Positions 12,908 through 25,111 of a stretch of DNA of 64,000 bases are shown piece after piece. Position 1 is the stretch's first letter, and every line of letters begins with the position of its first letter. This stretch comes from Podarcis liolepis (Eukaryota), in the NCBI GenBank assembly GCA_965112155.1, contig OZ218100.1; one strand, 5' to 3'. The notes beneath the pieces are model-generated. The model did no database searches. It worked only from the letters and a program-made list of their open reading frames with translations, and had not been told where the DNA came from. A program made the translations under genes and the position numbers.

Positions 12908-14320
12908 TAATAACCCCCTGCAATATCCTACTTTCTCTCTCCTTATCTGCTGTATAATTAAAAGCAACTCCAACCCTCCACCCAGCAAAGGAAATTTTCA
13001 TCTTTCCACACCACTATTGCCTGGGTTTTATTTGATCTCCCCTATTACTTGGCAAATCCCTACAGGTTTCTCTCTGTGTTAAATGGCTGATTGTTAGTAG
13101 GTGCCTATAAAGTAGTAGGTGTCTATAAAGCATCCATAGAACCCAGCCTTTTGCCTTTCTAATCCTGTCAATTAACAAGACACCACTATATGTTCCAGTT
13201 TTTTACTCTGAATTGCACATTTTGTGTTATATATATGTGTGCAGTTCAATTTAAAAATTCTTTCCACCACCATCTAGATTAGAAAGCCACTTTCATTTCC
13301 AAAACAATCAAAATTTCAATAAGAACAGTTACGAAACAAAATGGCAAATTTGGAAACCTTCAGATATACTACAAAGATTATATTATCAGGATTTGAACTT
13401 TGCAGCATGAGCTTCTCTCTAAGGTCTTCTGAAGCGGTATCATATGAATGATCATCTGTGTCACCTCTTTTACTGCAGGAGTAGAGTCTTTGGATTAATG
13501 TGCTCAATACATTTTCTTGCTACAGATACTGCTCTTCTCAGAAATGTGATCTATTGACTAGATGCCCACACATCTGATAAATCACTGTGGTCTAAATGCA
13601 GCTGTGGCTCTCCTCTTGTCTGGAAGGATACAAACTGGGAGAAAAATCTGTAAATGTATAGAAGACATAATACCCATACTCTTCTCACCTGCACCGATGA
13701 ATGGCTTTTCAATGGTGTGTGTATGTAAATTAAATTAGGTCATTTTTATCTACATGCATGCAGAGGAGATACTCCCATTTTTTATCATCATTTTCGGAAT
13801 GCTTTCTTGCCATTATAGGAGTCTTAAAGAAAGGCTAAATGCAGCATTTAACCACAGTCTCAAATATTAAATATATTTGTATCCTATGTGAGTTTTACTA
13901 ATAGCTATAGAAATCTTCACATGCACCTTTAGCTGCTTTCATACTCTGCTTCCTCTCTAGAACCTCAAAATAATATAGCATAATCTTCATCTGGATCTAT
14001 TCCCTAACAGAGAGCCAGACATGACAGATGAGCGTGGTGGGGAGTCCAACTTTTTTGAAAGTTAAAATTCAGTATAACCTTCACAATGACCCTCTTAATT
14101 ATAGATGCCAATCTGTGTAGTGTACAACATTGCAACTAGCAAGACATATTTATTAATTTATTATATTTATTCATCACTTTTGAGTGCAGGTGTTAGCATA
14201 CCATAGCAAAACAGCTTCCTCCCCATCACCTATGTGTGTGAATTCGGACCTTTCAAAACATGGTGGTAAACTCCCCAAACTTAATGACAGCAGCTGTTAA
14301 GCAAGTATAAGGAATAGATA

Positions 14321-14447
14321 GTTTGCATGCACACGAAAGCTTATACCAAGAACAAACTTGGTTGGTCTCTAAGGTGCTACTGGACAATTTGTAATTTTTT
14401 TATATCTATGTTTCAACTGCGTCAGACCAACACGGCTACCTACCTGA
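14321..14447 (+). mobile_element. Penelope-like retroelement 3' fragment with the 3' half of a hammerhead motif
   Basis: gcatgcacacGAAAGCTTatacc...ggtctctaaggtgctactgga...gtcagaccaacacggctacctacctga, shared with the copies at 36160 and 54705. 14-bp TSD ATAAGGAA(T/G)AGATA at 14307-14320 and 14448-14461. Confidence 0.78.
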
Positions 14448-15029
14448 ATAAGGAAGAGATATTTATTTTAGCTAAGAATGGTACAGGCTTAGCAGCAAGA
14501 ACAAGCTCCAGAAATCAAGATTCCAAAGTGCAAAGAGGTTCATAAGCAAAGATGGCCCAACAGTTGACATACCCCTCACACCAAGCTTTGAATGATGAGG
14601 CAGGGCAAGCTCACTATGGCACTCTCCAGCCCTAAGGGTCTACTGCATGTGCACACATGTGCTCTTTCTGGGCAGGTGCATCGTATCTACGAAGGTGGTT
14701 CTTGGTTCCAAGACTGTGTCCTGCCCCTCTGCCTCCAGCTCTGCTGCCACCTCCTTCAAACTATGATCTGGAAACCAAGCCAGTATGTTTTAACTAAACC
14801 AAACTGTATAAATATTAAATTTATTCTGTGGTTATTTAACTTTACTATTAACTGAAGATTTATCCACTGATTTTATGTTTCACTGCCATATACTGAAAAA
14901 AATGCATACATTAGTACCCAAAACTATGACACCCCTGCTGAACATTGTCTCTTTCAGAATCTATTTATGGCCACAATCTAGTGCACAGTGAAAGCCTGTC
15001 CCACTGTATATCTTCTCACTCTGTGCAGT

Positions 15030-15330
15030 GTGAAGTTGCTGTTCCAAAACGCTGCAGCCTGGCTTTTGAACAGGGTGCTTTGTAATGAGCATATTATCCT
15101 GGCTGTTGCCATCGTTAAGTTACGTTGCCATCAGAGTGCCTTCAGAATTGTCTTGCCTCCCTATATACTTAGGCTGTCTGAGAAAGCTCTCTGCTTGCTG
15201 CAGCCTCATGAGATTGAATTGAAGCTACAAGTAGCCCTTTTGATACTGTAGCCCTTTAGGAATTTTGTTCCCAATGAATCATAGCAAACCGACTTGTCTT
15301 TTAGAATTTAGACAGGTGGTTAAATTACAG
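15030..15330 (+). mobile_element. Highly degenerate L2 LINE fragment
   Basis: Translation LFQNAAAWLL...EHII resembles the QNAAARLL...DHI motif of the two L2 ORFs in this window. Boundaries approximate. Confidence 0.45.
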
Positions 15331-15762
15331 ACCATGGATACTGGTATGTCTCAGACCCAAATTCCCAAAGAGATTATAACGACAGGTTGATTTTGAATTC
15401 AACTAAGAGGGGAACTCATCCATGCAGTTCTGTTATGGATTCTTGCATACAGAGAATTCCCATAGGCTCAGCAGATTTTGTGATGAAAATTTTTTGAAGG
15501 CAAATCAGTTAATTTAAAAATGCTTCCATTTGCCAGATCTAAAATTACAGTCAAATCAGTTTAGCTGGGCTACTTGATAAATTATGGTATACTGGATGCT
15601 TAATATCACACTATTTAATAGATCATTGATGGCCAACTTGTGGCCCTCCAGATGTTTCTGGGACTCCAGCTTCCATCATCCCTGACACTGGCCATGTTGA
15701 CTGAGGATGATGGGAGTTGCAGTCATCATTCCTGCTACATATATATAACCACTTTATGTTGA

Positions 15763-15764
<2 letters not shown>

Positions 15765-15804
<40 letters not shown>
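15765..15804. repeat. (GT)n microsatellite
   Basis: Pure GT run. Confidence 0.95.
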
Positions 15805-15805
<1 letters not shown>

Positions 15806-16113
15806 TGAGTGGAAAAGAAATCACAGAAAATGGTTTGAAAATGTCAAAACATTAACTGCCATATCAACATTGTGTAAAGTTCATTTTCAATTTATTTTAA
15901 AATAAAAAAATAGTGTTATCTTCAAAGTAAGAACCACAGTTTTCTAACATATCCCTCCTAACAATTTAGCTCCACATCCTTTGCACGCTAAAAATAAACC
16001 TTTGAGGCCCAATAAAAAATGTTTGGCAAAATCTAGCTTTATAATAAGGCACACCAGGCTATATATTAAACTTTCATTTGATTTCAGCCACTATATTTTT
16101 GAGATTACATAAT

Positions 16114-16290
16114 CAAGATAAGGATATAAATGGCTACTAGCCCCAATGGCTACATTTTGCTTCTAATTTCAGAGGCAGAATGCCTATAAATACTAGTTGC
16201 TGGGAATTATAGATGGGTAGAGTGTTGCTATGCTCATGGCCAGCTTACAGGCTTTCTGCAGGAAGCGAGCAGCTACACAGACTGGATCAG
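16114..16290 (+). mobile_element. Old CR1-like 3' UTR fragment
   Basis: gataagg.tat.aatggcta...aggca..atgcctat.aata, shared with 47473-47670. Inverted relatives at 26724-26950 and 58990-59245. Confidence 0.5.
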
Positions 16291-17476
16291 CTTTGTCATT
16301 TGATGCTCAAGTTAGAAGTGCCTTTTCATGGCTTTATTAAGATCTTATTTAATGGGTTTACAATGGAAAGAGAGGCTATCTGAAAAGGTATCTGGAAGAC
16401 ACAATACATTTTCCTGAACATAATTTCCAGTATTGTTGTAGGACAACGGTGGAAACTGATATACATTGTTTTAATTTAGACCCACACCATTACCCAGCCT
16501 TATGGGACTACGAGTCTGGGAGAAAACAAGTATTGATAAATGACAACAGAGCTAACTTAATACGTCTGAATCAACTTTTATTCTTAAATTGTATTTAATC
16601 CAATCTCCAGAGGACTGGCTATGGTGATGTAAGAGAAACATTCAGCTGACCTAATGGGACTTCCCTTTTCTTATTGTTTCACCTGCAGCCCCCCATGAAC
16701 ACTCAAAATCTCCTCCAGTGAATTGGGGAAACTTCCTGAGCAGAAATCCCGGGGGGGGGGGGGAGAGAGTAGGGAATAGAGAAGAAGGTTAAGTCCAGTC
16801 ATGAGACATTGGATGACACCTTTAAGCTTGATTTAATCCAATCATTACTTTATACATCTCATTCATCAATAATATACTGGTGATTTCTAAAATTACAATA
16901 ACTTCACCATACTTAATTGTGTCTGTCAAACCATAGCAGGCTCAAGATAAGAATAACCAATATTTCCAGAGCAAAGCACTTCATTCCCCTATATGCCATA
17001 ATGGAAAATGGAGGTAAAATGATTATTTTTCTGTTCTAACTCTAGTGCTCCAATCAAAAAAGTTACTTCCAGCTTCTACTTATGTTTGCGCCAATGCCTA
17101 AAATATTTAAGAGAAGTGAGAACCCTTTAACAGCGGGTGGATTTCAGCAAGTGTCATATGATCCAAGGTTGACACATGATTCCTAAGGTAGCAATAACAT
17201 TGTGTATTTCAAATTTCAGGGTAGTAGTTTGTCTAGGGCAGAGACACAGAGTAGGAAATTCTCAAGGCACTTTATCTTCAAAATAAAGTGTTACCAACAC
17301 CAGGTGTCCCCATTTACCGAGATACAGCTTATTAAATTCAGCACAGGAATGTTTGCAACAGTTGCTGCTCAACTTTTTCAAGAACTCTTATTTTTTCCAC
17401 CTTTCAAAATTAAATATAGCTCACCTACCGAGGGGAGCACCAAACTGACTACTCCACTAAAAACAATGATCCTCGG

Positions 17477-17900
17477 TAATTTAAAGATTATTTACAGAAA
17501 TATTGCAAAATTAATGAATGTTAGAATGATGTCAGAATGAAGTTAAGTGGTTTAAGCAGCAATGTTATAAAGGTGTATGTAAAAATGGATTATTAACAGG
17601 TGAGAATCCAAAGTTATAATATATTAAGTTAAAGGATTAAGATAAAAACAAAGAGGGAAAGAAATTGCTGAATTAACTAACTGAATTGGAATACAAAAAA
17701 GGGAGGTATGAGGAGGTCAGGGAAGCAAGGAAATGAATGTAAGGTGGAAAGATTGATGTATTTTTTTAAGTGTTTTTTATTTTTTGTATTTTGTAATTTT
17801 CTTTTATTCTTATTTCTGTCTTTCCCCCCCCCCTCTTCTTTTTATCTATGTATTTTTTTTCTTTGAAACCTTAATAAATATCATTTAAAAAAAATAAAAA
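17477..17900 (+). mobile_element. 5'-truncated L1-type retrotransposon 3' end
   Basis: 19-bp TSD TAAAAACAATGATC(C/T)TCGG at 17458-17476 and 17901-17919, at a T/AAAA-type target. Starts with FKDYLQKYCKINEC*, resembling an ORF2 C-terminus. T-rich 3' UTR, AATAAA near 17873 and an A-rich tail. Confidence 0.8.
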
Positions 17901-18552
17901 TAAAAACAATGATCTTCGGATAGTTCATGAGTTGCTTTAATTTTGTGACTTGCAGAATCACAAGTGCCTTGTGCTTTTGATTCCCCACAATTAGAGTGAA
18001 CGTTGGAAGTGGAACTTGCGGCGAGATCCGTGAACTCCAGGGGGAAGGAAAGGCACAGAGGCTGCTGTGAGCTACACAATTAAAGTGACCCATGAAAAGG
18101 CTCAACATCTGTAACATCACAGCTGTTGAGATTTCTCCTGCTAACAAGCAATGGAACTGTAAAGGCAGCTTGTACAAAACCACTGCTCTTCTATTTATAA
18201 GACCACCTCTGACACTGGGTTCTCATGCAACTTTAGAGATGAGCTGGAGATACAGCAACACTGTTCCTTTTTGGGCCACCTACTAATGTGAGAAAACAGA
18301 TTCCTATTCCGCAGCTCAGGCGTGGAGAACCTTTTTGGTTCAGCAAGGCCTCATTTCCCTACACTGAGGACCAACTTTGAGAAGTGGACAGGACCACCCA
18401 CCTGTCAGCTATATGACATCATGATCTCATTGAGTGATTGGTGAGTGGCTTGTCCCATCAGTGTAGGTCCAGTGGAGTGGGTGGGGAGATAGAGACTAAT
18501 CATAATTAAACGGTGCATCAGCTGGCCAGCGGGGAGTTCAACCCTGCTTCCT

Positions 18553-19641
18553 GCAGGGACTCCCTGGTCTTGAATGGGGTAACTGTGCCCCTGAAAGACC
18601 AGGTGCACAGCCTGGAAGTCATTTTGGACTCACAGCTGTCCATGGAGGTGCAGGTCAATTCTGTGTCCAGGGTGGCTGTCTACCAGCTCCATCTGGTACG
18701 CAGGCTGAGACCCTACCTGCCGGCAGACTGTCTTGCCAGAGTGGTGCATGCTCTAGTTATCTCCCGCTTGGACTACTGCAACGTGCTCTACGTGGGGCTA
18801 CCTTTGAAGGTGACCCAGAAACTACAAATAACCCAGAATGCAGCAGCCACACTGGTGACTGGGAGCGGCCGCCGAGACCATATATTGGTCTTGAAAGACC
18901 TACATTGGCTCCCCATATGTTTCCGAGCACAATTCAAAGTGTTGCTGCTGACATTTAAAGCCCTAAACGGCTTCGGTGCAGTATACCTAAACGAGCGTCT
19001 CCACCCCCATCGTTCAGCCCGGACACTGAGATCCTGCGCCGAGGGCCTTCTGGCAGTTCTCTCACTGCAAGAAGTGAGGTTACAGGGAACCAGGTAGAGG
19101 GCCTTCTTGGTAGTGGAGCCTGCCCTGTGGAACGCCCTCCCATCAGATGTCAAGGCAATAAGCAACTACAGTGGTGCCCCGCAAGATGAAAAACTCGCTA
19201 GACGAAAGGGTTTTGAGGTTTTTGAGCTGCTTCGCAAGACGAATTTCCCTATGGGCTTGCTTCGCAAGACAAAAACGTCTTGCAAGTTTGTTTCCTTTTT
19301 CTTAACACCGTTAATACAGTTGCGACTTGACTTCGAGGAGCAACTCATAGAACGCGGTGTGGTAGCCTTTTTTGAGGTTTTTGGTGATTTTTGAAGCTTT
19401 TCCAAAACTTTTCCGACACCGTGCTTCGCAAGACAAAAAATTCGCTAGATGAAAAAACTCGCGGAACGAATTAATTTCGTCTTGCGAGGCACCACTGTAT
19501 CCTACTTTTAAAAGACATCTGAAGGCAGTCCTGTTTAGGGAAGTTTTTAATGTTTAATGCTGTATTATGTTTTTAATATTTGATTGGGAGCTGCCCAGAG
19601 TGTCTGGGGAAGGCCAGCCAGATGGGCATGGTATAAATACA

Positions 19642-19689
<48 letters not shown>

Positions 19690-19690
19690 G
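18553..19690 (+). mobile_element. 5'-truncated L2 LINE (ORF2 C-terminus, 3' UTR, (TTA)n tail), interrupted by a MITE
   Basis: ORF 18513..19097 has L2 motifs VHALVISRLDYCNVLYVGLP, QNAAA and LHWLPICFRAQFKVLLLTFKAL. Premature TAG at 19095. Simple-repeat tail at 19642-19689. Confidence 0.92.
19169..19497. mobile_element. Tigger/pogo-type MITE inserted in L2
   Basis: TA|CAGTGGTGCCCCGCAAGATGAAA...TTTCGTCTTGCGAGGCACCACTG|TA. The empty site agcaacTAtcctac is visible in the duplicate at 19913-19926. Confidence 0.93.
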
Positions 19691-19693
19691 CTG

Positions 19694-20040
19694 CTGCTGC
19701 TGATGTTTAAAGCCCTAAACGGCTTCGGCCCAGTATACCTAAAGGAGCATCTCCACCCCCATCGTTCAGCCCGGACACTGAGATCCTGCGCCGAGGGCCT
19801 TCTGGTAGTTCTCTCCCTGCAAGAAGTGAGGTTACAGGGAATCAGGTAGAGGGCCTTCTTGGTAGTGGAGCCTGCCCTGTGGAACGTCCTCCCATCAGAT
19901 GTCAAGGCAATAAGCAACTATCCTACTTTTAAAAGACACCTGAAGGCAGCCCTGTTTAGGGAAGTTTTTAATGTTTAATGCTGTATTATGTTTTTAATAT
20001 TTGATTGGGAGCTGCCCAGAGTGTCTGGGGAAGGCCAGCC
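19694..20040 (+). repeat. Tandem duplicate of the L2 3' end, lacking the MITE
   Basis: About 97% identical to 18944-19168 plus 19500-19619. Ends at the N gap. Confidence 0.9.
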
Positions 20041-20203
20041 NNNNNNNNNNNNNNNNNNNNNNNNNNNNNNNNNNNNNNNNNNNNNNNNNNNNNNNNNNNN
20101 NNNNNNNNNNNNNNNNNNNNNNNNNNNNNNNNNNNNNNNNNNNNNNNNNNNNNNNNNNNNNNNNNNNNNNNNNNNNNNNNNNNNNNNNNNNNNNNNNNNN
20201 NNN
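20041..20203. other. Assembly gap (163 N)
   Basis: Run of n. Confidence 1.
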
Positions 20204-20899
20204 AATGATTTCTCCACAGGCAACTCATTTGCACACCCAAACTAAGCAGGACTGAACTCGTCACAAATTAGCTGGTGTGTGGGGCTTTAAATTCTGCTTT
20301 CTGCAGGGATTAGTGAATGGCCAGATGATCAGCCATGTACCAGCTCCATATCTGACATCACATCTGACATCAGGTGTGGGGCAGGTGGGTATCATCTGAA
20401 GGAAATGGCCTAGAAGGCTAAATGTGGGGGACTGGAACTGGCAGTCCATCCAAATTTGAACCAAGGGTTAGAGGTTCTCCACTCCAGCTGTAGCTGTTTC
20501 CCACACCAGCATTAAGGATGCTCAGAGTTGCTAGTCTTCCTGCAGGTCTAGGGCTTTTCGCATGATACCACTGTTGCAGGATGGAGTACTGCTGCTTGTG
20601 ATCTCATGTATCCCAGCCTGAATTGTATGTTTATCAGGATTTCGTCAATCTCAGGAGATGGTAAAGAAAAACCAATAGGCTAGTTGACAAAGAAACAGAC
20701 TTGGGTTGAAGAATGTTCTCTGACACATGCAATTCCTAGGTTTGATCCCATTTTTAAAGTTTATTTATTTAAATGCTTAAAGAATAAATCAAACTTTTCC
20801 TCCTTTCCCACCCATGCAACTCCCTTTTCTGACAAGGAACTCTGAAATCACATTTTAATTGTTTTGGCTATGATCTTCTTATGTAAAAGCCACTTAAGT

Positions 20900-21265
20900 A
20901 AACCAAAACGTCGTTCCCGAGCTATTCAGTAACTGCTTTTCTGGGGCTACAGACGACCACAGCAGGGTCGAGAAGGAAGTGAAACGCCATTCCACAAGAA
21001 ATCCTCTCAATTCAAGTCATTGTGAATTAGGGTGGGGGTGGAGAGGGTGACTGGTTTGCTAATGTCGCCTTGCAAGTTCATAGCACAGCTTGTATATAAA
21101 TCTCCAGCTACTTGGCCCACAGCATACACACTTAGCTACAGCCATGCACTAGTTCTCATAGGGTGGGGGAAATCCCCTGTAACAGAATAAAGGTGCCACT
21201 TCCCTTTGAGAAATTACTACTGGCTGAATTCTTAGCTGAATTCTAAAGCCAGCACAGGTGATCTA
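20900..21265. promoter_or_regulatory. Candidate intronic enhancer (RUNX, ETS-IRF composite, NF-kB, E-box motifs)
   Basis: ACCACA at 20956-20961, GGAAGTGAAA at 20975-20984, GGGGAAATCCCC at 21166-21177 and CAGGTG at 21255-21260, with local CpG retention outside any repeat I recognise. Motif evidence only. Confidence 0.3.
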
Positions 21266-21364
21266 AACATATGGGTTGCAGAAAGAAAAAAGCACATTCT
21301 AAAATTAGGTTTTAGCAGTACTGTATTACAGTAAATCCAGAATAGAGTCTAGAACAAGCAATAC

Positions 21365-21658
21365 CTGCACACTTGGTCCGGGTGATAAGCGGTGGACCTG
21401 GTTGACCAGTGCCACCTTCTCCAGGTCTGGTTAGAAGAACACGGATTTCATACTCTGTGTCTGGGTCCAAATGCCACAGCTTGTAAGTTGGTGCATTTAC
21501 AGCATGGGTCTCTGTCCAGGTTCCAGTTGTCATATGGTATTCCACTTCTTTTAGGATAATCGGCCCATCTCCAATAATGGAATTCGCATTCAACTGAATC
21601 AGCAAGTAAGTTGGTCCAACTCCAAGCAGTTGTGGGGGTGCTATTGGTCGAGGTGGTT
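21365..21658 (-). CDS. PTPRK: PTPRK coding exon (294 nt, probably exon 7), first fibronectin type III domain
   Basis: Encodes (E)[40 protein letters not shown]...[37 protein letters not shown]+G. Acceptor tcttacag, donor G|gtattg. Phase 1 to 1. Confidence 0.98.
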
Positions 21659-24600
21659 CTGTAAGACATAATTATAAGAGCTGAGTCAGAAAGATAAATA
21701 TTGGCATAAGGCCTGGATCTTAAATGAGTAAACAACAGCAATGTAAGGAAGTATGTGAATATTTAACACACACAACTAACAATATCAGCTGATAAAAAAC
21801 ATGAAACAACGGAATATATTTCAATACTTCTGTTAAATTGCCTTTAGTACTAGGGGACCAACAGAGAGAATAAACTATAACAATGGAGATTCTGCTTACA
21901 GTAGCATTGCCTAGGAGTGATTTACTTCAGGAAGCAATTAAAAGCAACACACACTTTCCTGAATAAAATGAATCCACTAATAAACACACAGGCTTCATTT
22001 TCATTCCAGATGGCTCATATTTTGGCTAATTTGTTTCAGTTAATTAGGCATCAATGCTAAATTCAAGGCACACGGGGGTTTCACAATCAGCAGTATTGCA
22101 ACGCAGCAAATCCAAAAAGCTGGATAGACAACTAGAAAAATATCTAACCTAAATAACCTATTAGGATATCCCACATGTGTTTAATCTCTTGAAAGAAACG
22201 CTAGGGAACATTAAATAACTCCTTCCTTCTGTGTCTACTGTATGAACAACTGGATGTAAGCCCCACATGAAATTCATCTACTGCATCAAAGTCCAGAAGG
22301 CTGATCTTATTGTATTTTGTATTGTAAGCTAGTTTGATATATTTTGTGAAAAGAGGAGAAAATAAATAGTATATCTATATAAAAAATCAACCAAACAACA
22401 AACCAACAACCCTATGTTACCAGGTACCTAATGTATAAAGGGTCATCTCCAGGTGAAGATGTGCACTTTCTGAAATAATATGCAAAATGAAAAGCAACCA
22501 TTCTTCAAAATCCTTTTGTGAATTTTGCAATGTAGTGTCTTGTGCCAAAGAAAATAATATACAAAAATGCATTATATTGGGGGTTATTGGATGCAAAAAT
22601 AGCACTTAGATGCTGATGCATTTTAAAGATCGGAAAAATGAGAGAAAGTGAGAAAGTGAAATTTACCAATCATTCTATTCCCTTCTCCAGGACTCTGTGA
22701 TCTCCTAATGATTGGCTTATATTGTTGGAATGGTTTTATTTGCTTATTATTTGAATAGATCTTTCAGAATCATAATTAAAAACACCTACCACTCTGCTTT
22801 CATCTACTGAATAAAAAGCAATTGTGTTGTGTCATAACTTTGGACAAACATATTTGGACAAATAAACAAGCTGAACAATAAGCACAGACTTTCTCAGGAA
22901 GCAGCATTTTTTCACGTCTAGATGGAATGGCTACCACCTGCTCTTCTTTAGTTATTTTTTCTCCCAACAGGGTTGGCAAAGAGGATACAACTGAGGGAGC
23001 CAATGCCCTCCTTTGTCCTTGCCCCTCTCCAGCTCTATGTGAGCAATGCATGGAAGCAATATTGGAATACTGTTGTAGAGGGTAGAGGACCCCCAGTCCT
23101 ATCTGTTCCAACCAAAAGTGGGTGTTACACTAGAAAAGGGAAACCGACCAACTCTGGTTGCTTCTTCCATACTCTGGGGTCCTTCAGTCCTATCTAAGGC
23201 ACAATTAAAACAGTAGTTCCATACAACACTTAATACAGTGCTCTATAGCCATTGTTTTCCTCACACCTGTGATCTTTCTATAATGTTTACTCATAAATAA
23301 ATCCTGGTAAGCGACCATCCCCTGCCACTTGATTCAATACCTTCCCCTTTGCAGGCTTTTCCTCTTTCTTGTCATTTCTTGCTCAGCAGGTGTACATCGG
23401 GGTGGGGAACCTACATCACATTGTTGTCATGGGGATTAAATGAGGAAGGGGAGAACCATGTATAGGCCACATTGAGCTCCATGAAGGAAAAAGGTGGAAT
23501 AGAAATGCAATGAATGAATGAATGCATGCTGCGGCAACCAGTCTTAGTGATCTTGGCATGCCCACCAGCCTAGGTGCTACTGTCCTGGCCTGTTGGCCAC
23601 TGCTGCTCTCTGGGAACACCCTGGGGTGCAGGACTCTGGACTTTGGCCTGACGGTCCAGCTCTAGCTACGACACTGTGTGGTATGTCCACATTCTACTAT
23701 CTCCTATCGTGCAATACTTTGCAAAAATATAATTTCAGAAATTGAATTGGGATTTGCTGAGATAATCCGCTAGAGCTTGTTAATCAACCTTGTGAGTCAT
23801 AGCAATGGGATAGCAAGCTAAAAGATGAGCCCCTTCTGTCTCCTTGAATTAAGAGTTGCTAGAGGCTATATACATATAAAGCTGTCATGGAATATACGTA
23901 TGAAAACGGTGCGATATAAACCCAGTGTCTAACAGCCTCAGACTTTGCCCACTAACTTCTGTTTAAAGATGCAAAAAGTTTCAGGTTACTTGCAATAGGA
24001 AAGTAAACTCTGTAATTTTGAAATTATAATTGGGGAACATTTGATAGCTCGGGTTGTAGAATAAGGAATGAGAACCATTAATAGGAAACTTAATTAGGTA
24101 ACATCAGAAAAGTTTATCTGGTATATTGGGACTGCATGCTTCAGTTGTCATTTAGTGTACTTTTGGGATTCTTAGTTACACCACACCTCTGGCTCTGATA
24201 GAGTATTGTGTTATGAAGAATATTAATAATGCCGCTCAACAATTACTGGTTCATTTAATAACTGATTAAAATTCATGCATAATTTACTGAAACATGCAGA
24301 GACTTTATAAACATCTCCTTGTCTTCAAGAGCCTAAAACCAAAATGTATATGCTAATATAAAAATATTCTTTGTGCCTCCAACCTAAGAAAAATGTATTA
24401 TGCAGTGATATATTAGCCTTATGAATGCATAGTTTAATCCACAACAAGCATGCTGTTAATTGAAGTATATTTTTCTAAACATAGTATCCTGTTCTTTGAA
24501 GTCAAAGGTTGAGGGCATCCCCAATTAGGAATCAGTGGGAAAAACGCCTAAAGTGAGCCTCTGTATCAGTTATAAAACTCCTCTCGAGAATCAGATGTTG

Positions 24601-24852
24601 CCTGCATTTTTAACTCTATTTCAAAATAAAATTCCACACTAGCAGAGCTGGTGGAATGGTGTTCTGCACAGTTTAGTGTTTCTTCTTAATGTGATTGACC
24701 TTCATAAGCTTGACATTTAACATCTTAATTTCACAGCAAATGAACTGTCATCATGAATGCTAGCTTCATCATTGAGATTAGATTCAGTTGGAGGTCCAAA
24801 TTAGCTTTAAATATACATTGTGCATTGGAGGGGGAAATCTTATGAAGAATTA

Positions 24853-25111
24853 CCGTATTTTTCGCTCTATAAGACGCACCAGACCACAAGACGCACCTAG
24901 TTTTTGGAGGAGGAAAACAAGAAAGAAAATATTCTGAATCTCAGAAGCCAGAACAGCAAGAGGGATCACTGCGCAGTGAAAGCAGCAATCCCTCTTGCAG
25001 TTCTGGCTTCTGGGATAGCTGCGCAGCCTGCATTCACTCCATAAGACGCACACACATTTCCCCTTACTTTTTAGCAGGGAAAAAGTGAGTCTTATAGAGC
25101 AAAAAATACGG
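24853..25111. mobile_element. Tc2/Kanga-like MITE, complete
   Basis: TA|CCGTATTTTTCGCTCTATAAGACGCAC...GTGAGTCTTATAGAGCAAAAAATACGG|TA. Internal hairpin agaagccagaac...gttctggcttct. Confidence 0.92.

Larger units (their letters stand above)
18317..20487. mobile_element. Old hAT-like MITE split by nested L2/Tigger insertions
   Basis: TIRs CAGGCGTGGAGAACCT (18317-18332) and AGGTTCTCCACTCCAG (20472-20487) match 14/16. Flanks CCGCAGCT / CTGTAGCT match 6/8 (both differences C>T). The span crosses an assembly gap. Confidence 0.6.

Noticed and set aside
18788-19917. Paired ORFs starting MLIALTSDGR
   Set aside because: Antisense frames of the duplicated L2 3' end.
19975-20264. X-rich ORFs
   Set aside because: Artefacts of the N gap.
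21312-21364. Read-through extension after exon 7 ([17 protein letters not shown])
   Set aside because: Similarity to PTPRK ends at a canonical GT donor; nothing supports an alternative terminal exon.
1-21364. Next PTPRK exon (expected to start EPMRTPK-like)
   Set aside because: Not found by eye or in the ORF track; it probably lies beyond the left edge. Small alternative exons cannot be excluded.
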